From: Nitrosospira multiformis ATCC 25196
GTDB taxonomy: Bacteria > Pseudomonadota > Gammaproteobacteria > Burkholderiales > Nitrosomonadaceae
Direction: 5' to 3'
Assembly: GCF_000196355.1 (NCBI RefSeq)
Contig: NC_007614.1
Span: 2,940,001-2,972,000, forward strand
DNA length: 32,000 bases
How positions within the stretch are numbered: position 1 is the first letter of the stretch; each line of letters opens with the position of its first letter. Both the position numbers and the translations under genes were made by a program. The notes beneath the pieces were generated by a model. The model made no database searches. It saw only the letters and a program-made list of their open reading frames with translations, and was not told where the DNA came from. This document shows, one piece after another, positions 1-8,757 of this stretch.

Positions 1-745
1 TCAGCCAGTCCCAGGGGGAAAGCTTGAGATAAGCCTGATCCAGCACGAAACTGAATTTACTGTTGTAAGTGCCCAGCGTCTGCAAGGTAGAGGTGGGGGA
101 TCCGCCCATCAAGTCCCCCGTGACGGCCGGCCCGTTGACATTACCGGTGGTCAAGCGAAGCCCCAGATCTACTCCCCGCGTGACATTGGCATTAATCCCG
201 AGACGCATGCGGATGCGCTCGCGGTGATGACTGTCTTTGGTCGTGTTGTCGATTTGCTGACCGATCGCCTGGAAATTGGCTGCCGGCGCATTGCGGTCAC
301 CGAAGAAATCCGCCTGCTCGCGCAACCTTATATCCCCTTCCAGGGTAAAGCGATCCAGCCATTCAGGAGTGGCATTTACATTGCCCCAGCGTTCCTGCTT
401 GGCCTGGCCCACCACTTCCTCGCGCAACTGATCACGAATCTCTTTCTTGATGTGCTCGGGAACGTAAGTCACCCGTACCTCGCCCTTTTTCGGCTCCCCG
501 GCGGGGGGCTGCCCACCCTGTTCCCGTGCTTGCTGCTGGGAGGCTTTCGCTTTCTGCTCCGCCTTCCTGATCATTTCATCAGCAACCTCCTGCTTGATGA
601 CGCCCTGCTCCACCAGGAGATGAATCAGGTTCAGGGTAGTCTCATACAGGACTTCTATCTTTTCGTGCTCTTCAGTTTTTGCGTCGACGCTGCCCATGGC
701 CGCCAAGGCCATGACCGCGCCTGCGAGCATCGCAGGGATTCTCAT
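1..745 (-). CDS. Putative outer-membrane porin-like protein, N-terminal part only (the gene runs off the left edge). It is the last gene of the exbB-exbD-tonB operon.
   Basis: The ORF is absent from the ORF track because it is truncated. Reading the minus strand from the ATG at 745-743 gives an open frame down to position 2. A GGAGAA Shine-Dalgarno lies at 755-750, and the start is 15 nt after the tonB stop. The translation has a signal peptide (MRIPAMLAGAVMALAAMGSVDA), then a charged coiled-coil-like segment (KTEEHEKIEVLYETTLNLIHLLVEQGVIKQEVADEMIRKAEQKAKA), then amphipathic strand-like segments (RIRMRLGINANVTRGVDLGLRLTTGN). The product name comes from my recollection of 'putative porin' genes that follow this type of TonB cluster. 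Confidence 0.6.
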   Translation of the reverse strand, partial: MRIPAMLAGAVMALAAMGSVDAKTEEHEKIEVLYETTLNLIHLLVEQGVIKQEVADEMIRKAEQKAKASQQQAREQGGQPPAGEPKKGEVRVTYVPEHIKKEIRDQLREEVVGQAKQERWGNVNATPEWLDRFTLEGDIRLREQADFFGDRNAPAANFQAIGQQIDNTTKDSHHRERIRMRLGINANVTRGVDLGLRLTTGNVNGPAVTGDLMGGSPTSTLQTLGTYNSKFSFVLDQAYLKLSPWDWL

Positions 746-760
746 TTCGTTCTCCGGACA

Positions 761-1438
761 TCAGGCGCGCGAGGTCACGCGTATTTTTAACGGCTGCGGC
801 ATGTCTGCCGGCGGACCTTCGCGCAACGCCTTCAAGCTCTGCAGTACATCTTCCAGCAATTCATCAACCCGCGGGTTGCCGGTCTTGTCGACCAGCGCAA
901 CCCGTGCCACTTTCCCACCGGCATCGATCCACACTTTCACTACTACCCGGTACGTCTTGTCCTTGAGCCCCTGTTCCCGCGATAGCGCATCCTGAAAGGC
1001 GGAATTCACCGCCTCGTTTACTATTGCGTCATACCAGGCCCAAGGATTCCCCCTGGCGCCACCTATTAGATCGGCGCCGCCTTTTTTCCCGACAAGGCCG
1101 AATCCATCGCCATCCCCCGTCCCTTCGGCATCGACCCCCAGATCCGGGCCGGGAGGCGGCTCATCCGCTTTCTCCATGGGTTCGGGGGCAGGATCCGGCA
1201 GCTTCACTTCTTCCTTTACTACAGGTTCGGGCGGCTTCTGCTCCGGGGGCGGAGGGGGAGGAGGCGGAGGCTTGATCAACGTGATTTGCTGTAGCGAACG
1301 CTTCGGGGGCGGCTCATCGCTTCCCAGAAGCCCCTTCAGCCATAATCCCAGCATGATCGCCCCCGCCAGGCAAAGTACAACAACTCCCCATCGTGCCCAG
1401 CCAGGCCAATTGGGCGAATCCGGGCTAGACGCCTCCAT
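761..1438 (-). CDS. tonB: TonB-family energy transducer
   Basis: The 225-aa product has an N-terminal membrane anchor (WGVVVLCLAGAIMLGLWL). It has a proline-rich spacer (PPPPPPPPPPEQKPPEPVVKEEVKLPDPAPEP) and a C-terminal TonB-type domain (YRVVVKVWIDAGGKVARVALVDKTGNPRVDELL). The ATG start lies 14 nt after the exbD stop. Confidence 0.9.
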   Translation of the reverse strand: MEASSPDSPNWPGWARWGVVVLCLAGAIMLGLWLKGLLGSDEPPPKRSLQQITLIKPPPPPPPPPEQKPPEPVVKEEVKLPDPAPEPMEKADEPPPGPDLGVDAEGTGDGDGFGLVGKKGGADLIGGARGNPWAWYDAIVNEAVNSAFQDALSREQGLKDKTYRVVVKVWIDAGGKVARVALVDKTGNPRVDELLEDVLQSLKALREGPPADMPQPLKIRVTSRA

Positions 1439-1452
1439 CAGCCGTCATGCCA

Positions 1453-1857
1453 TTACTTCACCAGGCGCTGGGTGACGAGGCCCAGTTGCGTTATATCCAG
1501 TTGCCCGAGTAATTCGAGGACTTCCATCACCTTGCCGTACTGCACCACTGTATCCCCCTTGACTACGACCGGCAGCTCCGGATTGGCTGCTTTCAACTGG
1601 CTCAAACGGGTTTTCAATTCATCCAGTGTTACCGGGTAGGCATCCAGAAAAATCTGTCCGCTCTCGTTGATCGTGATCGCCTTGGTTTGCGGCTTGGCCA
1701 GACTGGGAGAATTACTGGCCTTGGGCAGATTGACCTTTATCCCCTGGACAGATGCTGTTGTCATGATGATGAAAATCACCAGCAAGACATAGGCGAGATC
1801 CAGCATGGGAACGACATTGATTTCGTCGTAAAGCTCGTTTTCTTCCTGAACTTTCAT
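1453..1857 (-). CDS. exbD: ExbD/TolR biopolymer transport protein
   Basis: The 134-aa product has the typical ExbD layout: INVVPMLDLAYVLLVIFIIM TM helix, then ...VNLP...ITINESGQIFLD...PVVVKGDTVVQYGKVMEVLELL. It starts 9 nt after the exbB stop. Confidence 0.92.
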   Translation of the reverse strand: MKVQEENELYDEINVVPMLDLAYVLLVIFIIMTTASVQGIKVNLPKASNSPSLAKPQTKAITINESGQIFLDAYPVTLDELKTRLSQLKAANPELPVVVKGDTVVQYGKVMEVLELLGQLDITQLGLVTQRLVK

Positions 1858-1866
1858 GTCAATCCG

Positions 1867-3552
1867 TCAGCGGCTGTAGTTTTCGGCAAGCTTGGTGATG
1901 AACTCGTCCACGAAAATATGCATCCTGGATACTATGGCCTTGATGCGCGAGGCGAGATAGTTGTAGCCAAAGAGGGATGGAATCGCCACACCCATGCCTG
2001 CGACGGTTGCCGCAAGGGCGGCGGCGATGCCAGGCGCAATGGCGTTGACATTGACGTCCCCGGCGGCGGCAATGGCCGCAAAGGTGATCATTACCCCCAT
2101 CACGGTTCCCAAGAGGCCAATGAAAGGGCCGCCGGAAATGGCAATGGTCAGCAGCACCATGAATCTGTTCATACGCTGGATTTCTTCCACCAGCCCGGCA
2201 TCCAGGCTTGCACGGATGGCATCGAGTGATTGGGGTGTCAAAGACTTGTCGGTATGCGCGGCATCCGTATCCTGGAAACGATGCGCCAGTTCAACCGCGC
2301 CAATGTGATAGATTCGATAAAGAGAGGAATGCTCGAAGTCTTTTCCCAACCCCTGGGCTTTGTCTATCATGGCCAGATCGGTTGACAGCTCGCGGAATTT
2401 GTCCATGAAGCGGTTGTTGGACTTATCCACGCGATTGATGTAGACCGCCTTGCTGTACATTACCCATATCGCAATCAGCAGCATCACCGTCAGGAGACCA
2501 ATCGCAACCCATCCATCCACGGTCAGCGATTTCAGGATGATGCCCATGTGCGAGGCCTCGGAGCCGCCTTCGATGGTCTCTTCTTCACCCATCACAACCA
2601 GCTTGCCGTCCGGCCCCAGAGCAGCCTGAACCGCAATCCATTCGGCCCCCCGCACCAGCCCCGACACCTGCGCTTCGTCCATCTCGCCCTTGAATTTCCC
2701 TCCCAGCGTCACGCTGCCCGCAGGCAATACCGCATTCCGCGCTTCGCCAGCCGCCTTGCCGGCTATATATATACGCAGTGCATCCGAAATCGTGAAACCG
2801 ATGTGATGCCACTGTCCCGCGCTGAGAGGTTTGTCGGAAATCACGCCCGCTCCGCCTGCCTGTGCCCGGATCAGACCGCCATCAAGGGAGACGCTCACGT
2901 TATCGGACTGATAAATGGTGCCGCTAAGGGAGGCGGGCTTGACCCATATGCTGAAGCTGTAACCCCCTGACGCCTGTATCGTGGGGAGAATCACGCTTTG
3001 GGTGCCATCGAATCCTGCGCCGCCATTCGAAAATGAGGCTGCCACATGTTGCGCAGGGGACTGTGCATGCAGATTGTTGGAGCCGCTATCCTGAGGGTTT
3101 CCCTGGGGTTCGGCAAAATGATAGATCGCACTGCCGGCATCGTACGTCCCTTTGGGGTCGGCTGCCGATGTCGCATTTTCATTACCGTAGTAAAGGAAAA
3201 TTTCGGTTTGGGCCGAGAGTCTGGGTACTTTCACCCAGATGAGCGCCAGCTCGTTTGCGACATCCCATTTTTCAAAATGGAACTTGAGTTCGGTCTTGTC
3301 ATCTCCTGCGACCAGCCGCACATCACCGCCATTATCGCTTGCCGAGAAAAAATCGAAGTTGCCTGTATGCAGGCGGATTAATACGGGCACATCCGCTACC
3401 TCGCCTGATGGGGCGGCCAGCGTTATTTTTTTGCGGCTTGTCCAGTCCTCATTCCACCACGCATGACTGGAAAAAGACCACGTCGACAATACAAAAGCGA
3501 GCAGAAACGGCAGGAAACGCATGCAAATTAACCCCAATAAACACGGGGGCAT
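1867..3552 (-). CDS. exbB: MotA/TolQ/ExbB proton-channel protein fused to a large N-terminal exported DUF2341 + LamG/concanavalin-like region
   Basis: The 561-aa product starts with a signal peptide (MRFLPFLLAFVLSTWSFSSHA). A DUF2341-like segment follows (WWNEDWTSRKKITL...VPVLIRLHTGNFDFF...DVRLVAGDDKTELKFHFEKWD...ALIWVKVPRL...IFLYYGN). Next comes a LamG-like segment (...YSFSIWVKP...GQWHHIGFT...LRIYIAGK). The C-terminal ~230 aa form a MotA/ExbB channel (three TM helices, ...GLLGTVMGVMITF...). The start could instead be the ATG at 3522. Confidence 0.88.
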   Translation of the reverse strand: MPPCLLGLICMRFLPFLLAFVLSTWSFSSHAWWNEDWTSRKKITLAAPSGEVADVPVLIRLHTGNFDFFSASDNGGDVRLVAGDDKTELKFHFEKWDVANELALIWVKVPRLSAQTEIFLYYGNENATSAADPKGTYDAGSAIYHFAEPQGNPQDSGSNNLHAQSPAQHVAASFSNGGAGFDGTQSVILPTIQASGGYSFSIWVKPASLSGTIYQSDNVSVSLDGGLIRAQAGGAGVISDKPLSAGQWHHIGFTISDALRIYIAGKAAGEARNAVLPAGSVTLGGKFKGEMDEAQVSGLVRGAEWIAVQAALGPDGKLVVMGEEETIEGGSEASHMGIILKSLTVDGWVAIGLLTVMLLIAIWVMYSKAVYINRVDKSNNRFMDKFRELSTDLAMIDKAQGLGKDFEHSSLYRIYHIGAVELAHRFQDTDAAHTDKSLTPQSLDAIRASLDAGLVEEIQRMNRFMVLLTIAISGGPFIGLLGTVMGVMITFAAIAAAGDVNVNAIAPGIAAALAATVAGMGVAIPSLFGYNYLASRIKAIVSRMHIFVDEFITKLAENYSR

Positions 3553-3588
3553 TATCCCTGCCTCTGATTACAGCCATTGGTAATGAAT

Positions 3589-3608
3589 CATGATCCGAAC
3601 GGATCATG
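3589..3608. promoter_or_regulatory. Perfect 9+9 inverted repeat CATGATCCG-aa-CGGATCATG in the divergent exbB / GDPD intergenic region. A third copy of the half-site, TCATGATCC, lies at 3649-3657.
   Basis: Read directly from the sequence. It lies 37-56 nt upstream of the exbB-like ATG (3552) and about 150 nt upstream of the likely GDPD start (3760). The binding regulator is unknown. Confidence 0.4.
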
Positions 3609-3759
3609 CGACTGCCCTGGGACTAATCTGTGGAAAAAGAATGAGAGGTCATGATCCAGGTTTAACAAATCTCTCATCAAAATGAAAAAGAAGTCGGCTA
3701 ACGTTTGCGCAACTCACCTCGCGGCTGAATCCACCCTGGAACAAAGGAGAAATGACAAC

Positions 3760-5085
3760 ATGATCCGCCAAACATCCTTCCATCCCGTACTGATAATCTT
3801 ATTTTTCTTCCTTGTCTTACTGGTTATTGCGCCCGCCCTGGCCAGCGGAAGAAACGACGGCATGGAAGGAACTTCCTTCCATGATGCTTCTCCTGACAAT
3901 TCCAGCGGCAATGTTCAACTCGGCCCTCGTCCTTTTTTCCTTGTGGAGGACATGGAGGGCGGTGAACTCAAGAGCAAGCTCGCACGTTGCGGTGCCGGCC
4001 CCTTCAGGAAAACATACTTCTCCATCGGTCATCGCGGCGCGCCACTGCAGTTTCCCGAGCACACGGCGGAGTCCTACCGGGCGGCCGCCCGCATGGGGGC
4101 CGGCATTCTCGAGTGCGACGTAACATTCACCCGGGACAAGGAACTGGTATGCCGCCATTCTCAGTGTGATTTGCACACCACCACGAATATTCTGGAAACA
4201 CCGCTTGCCGAAAAATGCACGCGCCCTTTTACACCCGCCCAGTTCGATGCTTCGGGAAACCTGATCCAGGAGGCTTCCGCCCGTTGCTGCACGAGCGACA
4301 TCACTCTGGATGAATTCAAGAGCCTGAAAGGCAAGATGGACGCCTTCAACCCCGGGGCGAGGAATGTGGCGGAATACGTGGGCGGCACACCTGCATGGCG
4401 CACTGACTTGTATGCCGGCCCTACCAGTGGAACCCTGCTCAGCCACCGGGAGAGTATCGAACTCTTCAGCAAGCTGGGGGCAAAAATGACACCCGAACTC
4501 AAGAGCGCGGAGGTGGCAATGCCTTATGACAGCGATGGCGACGGAGTCGGCGACTACACGCAGGAACATTATGCTCAACAGATGATCGACGAGTACAAGG
4601 CTGCCGATGTCAAACCTCGCGATGTCTTTCCGCAGTCCTTCGATATCCGCGATATCCGTTACTGGATCGCCAGGGAGCCCGAGTTCGGGAGGCAGGCGGT
4701 TTATCTCGACGACGCCAATACGGTCGCTGATCTTCCCAATGCCAGTCAGTTGACCGCTTACAAAGCCGAGGGCATCAATATTGTCGCCCCTCCCATATTC
4801 GCGCTGCTGGATGTCGATGGGGGCGGCAATATCATCCCGTCCAGCTACGCCCTGCAGGCCAGGGCCGCAGGACTAGGCCTCATCACCTGGACGCTGGAGC
4901 GCTCCGGAATACTAGCTGACGGCGATAACGGCTTTTATTACCAGACTTTCGATTCGGCGATAAGGCGCGAAGGCGATGTGATGAAAGTGCTGGATGTTTT
5001 GAACAGGGAAGTGGGCGTCCTCGGTATCTTCAGCGATTGGCCGGCCACCGTAAGCTATTACGCTAATTGCATGAAGCTGAAATAG
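3760..5085 (+). CDS. Secreted glycerophosphodiester phosphodiesterase (GDPD) family protein
   Basis: The GDPD catalytic signature is present: [45 protein letters not shown]. The ORF track starts it at 3682, but the ATG at 3760 has an AAGGAGA Shine-Dalgarno 9 nt upstream. That start yields a clean signal peptide ([30 protein letters not shown]). Confidence 0.85.
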   Translation: MIRQTSFHPVLIILFFFLVLLVIAPALASGRNDGMEGTSFHDASPDNSSGNVQLGPRPFFLVEDMEGGELKSKLARCGAGPFRKTYFSIGHRGAPLQFPEHTAESYRAAARMGAGILECDVTFTRDKELVCRHSQCDLHTTTNILETPLAEKCTRPFTPAQFDASGNLIQEASARCCTSDITLDEFKSLKGKMDAFNPGARNVAEYVGGTPAWRTDLYAGPTSGTLLSHRESIELFSKLGAKMTPELKSAEVAMPYDSDGDGVGDYTQEHYAQQMIDEYKAADVKPRDVFPQSFDIRDIRYWIAREPEFGRQAVYLDDANTVADLPNASQLTAYKAEGINIVAPPIFALLDVDGGGNIIPSSYALQARAAGLGLITWTLERSGILADGDNGFYYQTFDSAIRREGDVMKVLDVLNREVGVLGIFSDWPATVSYYANCMKLK

Positions 5086-5549
5086 CAGGCCCTTGCCCCG
5101 GACCTCCCTCATACCTTTTATCACACACCTGCCGATCCGGGAGACCTCAAGGATCATGCAAGCAGAAAAAACAGAATCTACGTGCCCTGAACCATCGCAA
5201 TCGAGAACAGGCGGACGGGCCGGTACGCGGCCGTTCGGCCCGAACTTCTGCTTTGCCATCCTGTTTTTCGCGGGCGGAGTTCTCCCGCAAGTGCCGAATA
5301 ACCATTGTCTCCTTCATACCACGCCTCTCTCCCTTGGACGACATGCGGTTTCCCTGGCCGGCTTCCACAGTCGCCCGCAGCGAAGGCGCTCTGATCCGTT
5401 CGGCCCACTCCTGGCTGGTGTGCTCATGCAAATCCTGTAGCACGAACTCATGAAAATAGATTCGCTCCGCGCAGCGCGTCCCGGCAGCCTGCATATACAT
5501 ACCTCTAAACAAAACCACCTGTTACAACCCCATACTGAACCAAGGAGAC

Positions 5550-7646
5550 ATGATGAGCAGCACCCTCCACGCTGATAGAAAGAACAATCCCGATCGCACC
5601 AGCAGCAACGAATCCGGCAATGCATCCCTGCATGATCTGATCGAAGCCGGCAGGCTTTCCCGCCGCGCCTTCCTCCAACGTTCGCTAGGCCTTACGGCTA
5701 TGGCATTCGGCGGCTCCCTGCTCGATGGCCTGATGCAGTTTGCTTACGCAGCGCCGGCGCCTGTGAACGGCATCGGTTTCGATTCAGTGCCTGCCAACCT
5801 ATATCTCTCACCCGGGGATGACGCCGTTACCGTTCCCGCCGGCTATACCGCGCGCGTACTGGTCGCCTGGGGAGACTCTCTTACCCAGGCGCCGCACTGG
5901 AATCCGGGGAGCGCAATGACCGAGACGGTACAGTTGCACGCCTTCGGCGCCCATGTGGACGGGATGCATCTGTTTCCCTTCCCTCCCATGGGATCGTCCG
6001 GATCACCCGGCGTCGCCAATATCCGCGGTCTGCTGGTGACGAACCATGAGTACGTCGATCCTCCTCTGGTCAATAACATCACTCCCGCATCCAGCTATGC
6101 GACCACCCCCATCACTCTCGATATGGTGCGCGCACAGCAGGCCGCGCATGGCATCAGCGTGGTCGAGGTGTGGAAAAAGAACGGCATGTGGGAGGTCCAG
6201 CGTACTTCCGCCTTCAACCGCCGCATTACCGGCAACTCCCTCTGCAAGCTGAGCGGACCCGCCGCCGGGCATGATCTGATGAAAACGGCCGCCGACCCCG
6301 GCGGCATGAATGTTCTCGGCACACTCAACAACTGCTCCAACGGCCATACCCCTTGGGGCACTTATCTCACCTGCGAGGAAAACTGGAACGGCTATTTCTC
6401 CAATGAGACCGGAGATGTGGCAGGCGCAAACGATCCGGAACAGAAGCGCCGGATTCTAAACGGGCAAGCGCGCTATGGTATCGGCAAGGGCGGGTTCGGT
6501 TACCGCTGGCACGAAATGGATGCGCGTTTCCGTGCCGACCTTAATCCGAATGAGTCGCATCGCTTCGGCTGGGTAGTGGAAATCGATCCATGGGATCCAA
6601 AGAGCACGCCGGTGAAGCGCACTGCGCTGGGACGTTTCAAGCACGAAAATGCCAGTTGCGTCGTGGACCCAGATAATACGGTCGTCATATATATGGGTGA
6701 TGATGAGCGCAACGAGTACCTTTACAAGTTTGTCTGCGCCAATAAATATAACCCCCGCAACCGCGCGGCCAACCGCGATCTGCTGGATTCCGGCACGCTT
6801 TTCGTGGCAAGGTTCAATGCGGATGGCGGCGGGAAGTGGCTGCCACTGGTCTGGAACCAGAATGGACTGACGCCGGCAAATGGCTTTGCCGATCAAGCCG
6901 AAGTATTGATCAAGGCGCGCCAAGCAGCGGATCGCGCAGGCGCCACGATGATGGATCGTCCGGAATGGATAGCAGCGCACCCCGCCTCGCGTGAAGTCTA
7001 TATGACGCTTACCAACAACAACCGCCGTGGAAGCAATCCGCCGTCCGGCAACAGCATCGACGGAAGTACCCCTGCCGGCAGTGCGCGTCCTCCCGTCGAT
7101 GCCGCGAATCCCAGGCTGGACAACCGTTACGGTCACATCATCCGGTGGCGCGAAAACATGGGCAAGGCCGACGCCCTGGATTTCGAATGGGACATTTTCG
7201 TTGAATGCGGTGACAAGCTGGACCCGCAGCCGCATCATCGCGGCAATATTAACGGCGACGATTACGGCGCCCCCGATGGCCTCTGGTTCGATCAGGATGG
7301 CCGCCTGTGGATACAGACCGATCAGGCAGGTGATGCCACTGGCGACTGGGCCAATATCGGGGGAAATGTCATGCTGTGCGCGAATCCTTCCACGGGCGAG
7401 ACGCGCAGATTCCTCACTGCGCCGAAGTACTGCGAGGTCACCGGAGTTACAAGTTCTCCGGACGGCAAGGCCCTGTTCGTCGGCATCCAGCACCCGGGGG
7501 AGGATTGGGAAACGCATTTTACCCAGAACTCGACCTGGCCCGACAGCGGTCAAAATGGCCCCACTACGGCGGGCGGTTCCCCATCCAAGCCCCGCTCCGC
7601 CGTGGTGGTCATCACTAAAGATGATGGCGGCGTGATTGGCACCTGA
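5550..7646 (+). CDS. phoX: PhoX-family (DUF839) alkaline phosphatase with a twin-arginine signal
   Basis: The 698-aa product carries a Tat motif (GRLSRRAFLQRSLGLTAMAFGG). It also has PhoX hallmark blocks (NNCSNGHTPWGTYLTCEENWNGYF, RFGWVVEIDP, GRFKHENA, MDRPEWIAAHP, PDGLWFDQDGRLWIQTD). An AGGAGA Shine-Dalgarno sits just upstream, so the second ATG (5553) may be the real start. Confidence 0.92.
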   Translation: MMSSTLHADRKNNPDRTSSNESGNASLHDLIEAGRLSRRAFLQRSLGLTAMAFGGSLLDGLMQFAYAAPAPVNGIGFDSVPANLYLSPGDDAVTVPAGYTARVLVAWGDSLTQAPHWNPGSAMTETVQLHAFGAHVDGMHLFPFPPMGSSGSPGVANIRGLLVTNHEYVDPPLVNNITPASSYATTPITLDMVRAQQAAHGISVVEVWKKNGMWEVQRTSAFNRRITGNSLCKLSGPAAGHDLMKTAADPGGMNVLGTLNNCSNGHTPWGTYLTCEENWNGYFSNETGDVAGANDPEQKRRILNGQARYGIGKGGFGYRWHEMDARFRADLNPNESHRFGWVVEIDPWDPKSTPVKRTALGRFKHENASCVVDPDNTVVIYMGDDERNEYLYKFVCANKYNPRNRAANRDLLDSGTLFVARFNADGGGKWLPLVWNQNGLTPANGFADQAEVLIKARQAADRAGATMMDRPEWIAAHPASREVYMTLTNNNRRGSNPPSGNSIDGSTPAGSARPPVDAANPRLDNRYGHIIRWRENMGKADALDFEWDIFVECGDKLDPQPHHRGNINGDDYGAPDGLWFDQDGRLWIQTDQAGDATGDWANIGGNVMLCANPSTGETRRFLTAPKYCEVTGVTSSPDGKALFVGIQHPGEDWETHFTQNSTWPDSGQNGPTTAGGSPSKPRSAVVVITKDDGGVIGT

Positions 7647-8032
7647 CGTAACGTTGGCTGGGGCAGCAGCTCAAGAATCTTTGATTTGCCTTCATGAGAA
7701 GCCTTTCCCTGCAGAACCTGGGCGCTTATCCGAACAACTCATGAAGAAGGACACGCAAGTCTGCTCCGGATGCTTCCGCCGCACCTCCGCACCCAGCCGC
7801 ATCTGCGGCTTCGCGGAGCGGGCTGGTAAGCTGATCGCCGCCGCCTTCGTCCAGGAAAAAACGTTTGCTTGCCCGCTTGGCGAAGGTGCGGTACCGAACA
7901 TATCTTTTATCTAAGGATTGTCAAAATGCGTCTCGACGTACGAGCGATCCCCAGGCTTTATCGAAGATTACTTTTCTGAAATCACCCATCCTCCTTGGTT
8001 GACATGTTTCCATCTTGAGAGAAATATTAAAC

Positions 8033-8236
8033 ATGAAGAAACGAAGATACATCGATCTGTACGGTTACACCCAGGATGAGTTTGATCACTGGCTGGAAAA
8101 AGGTATTAACAAAAAGCTTCGTTCTACCGGAAAATCCAGGTCTGAATTAGACATGGACACTGTCTTTGCAGCTTATCACGACGAGACTCGCAAACTTCCC
8201 CGCCGCAGGCTCCGCGAAATGCGCACTGCCACCTGA
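8033..8236 (+). CDS. Small basic hypothetical protein (67 aa)
   Basis: The ORF-track entry 8015-8236 starts at a TTG, and the first ATG is at 8033 (MKKRRYIDLYGYTQDEFDHWLEKGINKK...). A perfect TTGACA -35 hexamer lies at 7999-8004 and a strong intrinsic terminator at 8311-8335. I recognised no family. Confidence 0.4.
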   Translation: MKKRRYIDLYGYTQDEFDHWLEKGINKKLRSTGKSRSELDMDTVFAAYHDETRKLPRRRLREMRTAT

Positions 8237-8310
8237 TCCCCGGCTGCCCGGATCTCCGTTAATCCGGTGGAGTTTCTGGACGACTTTCAAGACATTCAGA
8301 GTCAATACTC

Positions 8311-8335
8311 GTGGCGCGAAGACCGCGCCACTTTT
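8311..8335 (+). terminator. Rho-independent terminator
   Basis: GTGGCGCG-aagac-CGCGCCAC forms an 8-bp GC-rich stem with a 5-nt loop, immediately followed by TTTT (8332-8335). It lies 75 nt downstream of the small ORF's stop. Confidence 0.75.
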
Positions 8336-8490
8336 CACGTTAGGGCAAAGGTCTACTCCACCGGGACTGGGCATCATCAAAATATAAGCCTTAGTCCAAG
8401 CATTGTGCTATTGGGAAAACAGGAATAAATCCGCCTGGAAAAGATGCAGGTTACGATTTTTACCTGGACCTGCACTACCCTGCCAGCAAC

Positions 8491-8536
8491 AAGAATCCGG
8501 CGCGCTCCGGTTCATCAGAATCTATTCCGGATTCTT
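8491..8536. repeat. Perfect 10-bp inverted repeat AAGAATCCGG ... CCGGATTCTT with a 26-nt spacer, inside a ~450-bp non-coding AT-rich stretch
   Basis: Read directly: 8491-8500 is the exact reverse complement of 8527-8536. A second small palindrome, CTTTCC-c-GGAAAG, follows at about 8583-8595. Confidence 0.5.
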
Positions 8537-8729
8537 TCCTTATCAACAAATTTCCACGCTCTATCCCTGATTCCTGGGAAATCTCCTTTCCCGGAAAGAA
8601 CGTTTCGGGTCTGAAGCATTTGACCAAAGCAGGCTCCGAGCAAGTAGAACATGCAAAGATGGGATGTCATTCATCTCGACCGCTACTTCGGGAGCAGGTG
8701 TTTCGAATATTAAGGTGTTATGACAGGAC

Positions 8730-8757
8730 TTGTAAAAATGCAAAACCTGTCTAGAAA
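8730..8757 (+). promoter_or_regulatory. Candidate sigma70 promoter for the DUF5132-like gene
   Basis: TTGTAA (8730-8735), a 16-nt spacer, then TAGAAA (8752-8757). The implied transcription start near 8765 would exclude the ORF-track ATG at 8763 and favour the SD-preceded ATG at 8787. Confidence 0.3.

Noticed and set aside
3583-3601. Fur-box-like sequence GGTAATGAATCATGATCC upstream of the exbB-like operon.
   Set aside because: It matches the first 8 nt and the last 9 nt of GATAATGATAATCATTATC only if a 2-nt deletion is allowed. The hexamer phasing is broken, so the stretch is better described simply as part of the CATGATCCG palindrome.
3660-3681. Pho-box candidates: GTTTAAC-AAAT-CTCTCAT upstream of the GDPD gene, and CTGTTAC-AACC-CCATACT at 5519-5536 upstream of phoX.
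   Set aside because: Only one 7-mer in each pair approaches CTGTCAT/C (6/7), and the partner repeat is poor. The phoX candidate sits only about 25 nt from the ATG, too close for a -35 replacement. I could not identify a convincing PhoB site by eye, so a PWM scan is needed.
5147-5518. A 123-aa minus-strand ORF between the GDPD gene and phoX. The segments IYFHEFVLQDLHEHTSQEWAERIRA and GMKETMVIRHLRENSAREK faintly resemble the two HTH units of an AraC-family C-terminal domain.
   Set aside because: The resemblance is weak and by eye only. The ORF starts at a GTG with no Shine-Dalgarno, its tail is Arg/Cys-rich nonsense-like sequence, and several other overlapping ORFs of similar length exist here. 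It could be a decayed regulator remnant, but I cannot support calling it.
224-7553. Antisense or overlapping ORFs opposite the porin-like, tonB, exbB, GDPD and phoX genes, for example 224-790 (+), 1687-2229 (+), 2548-2970 (+), 3817-4578 (-) and 6456-7553 (-, 365 aa).
   Set aside because: Each overlaps a CDS with clear family signatures on the other strand. The translated sequences look like compositional artefacts.
7726-7989. An 88-codon minus-strand frame starting at an AAGGAGG-adjacent ATG (7989), interrupted by one in-frame TGA (7921-7923). It could be a toxin-like pseudogene or a recoding event.
   Set aside because: The Shine-Dalgarno abuts the ATG with no spacer. Neither half of the translation (MGDFRKVIFDKAWGSLVRRDAF / QSLDKRYVRYRTFAKRASKRFFLDEGGG...) matches a family I recognise. 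One stop codon in 88 codons is not unusual for non-coding sequence of this composition.
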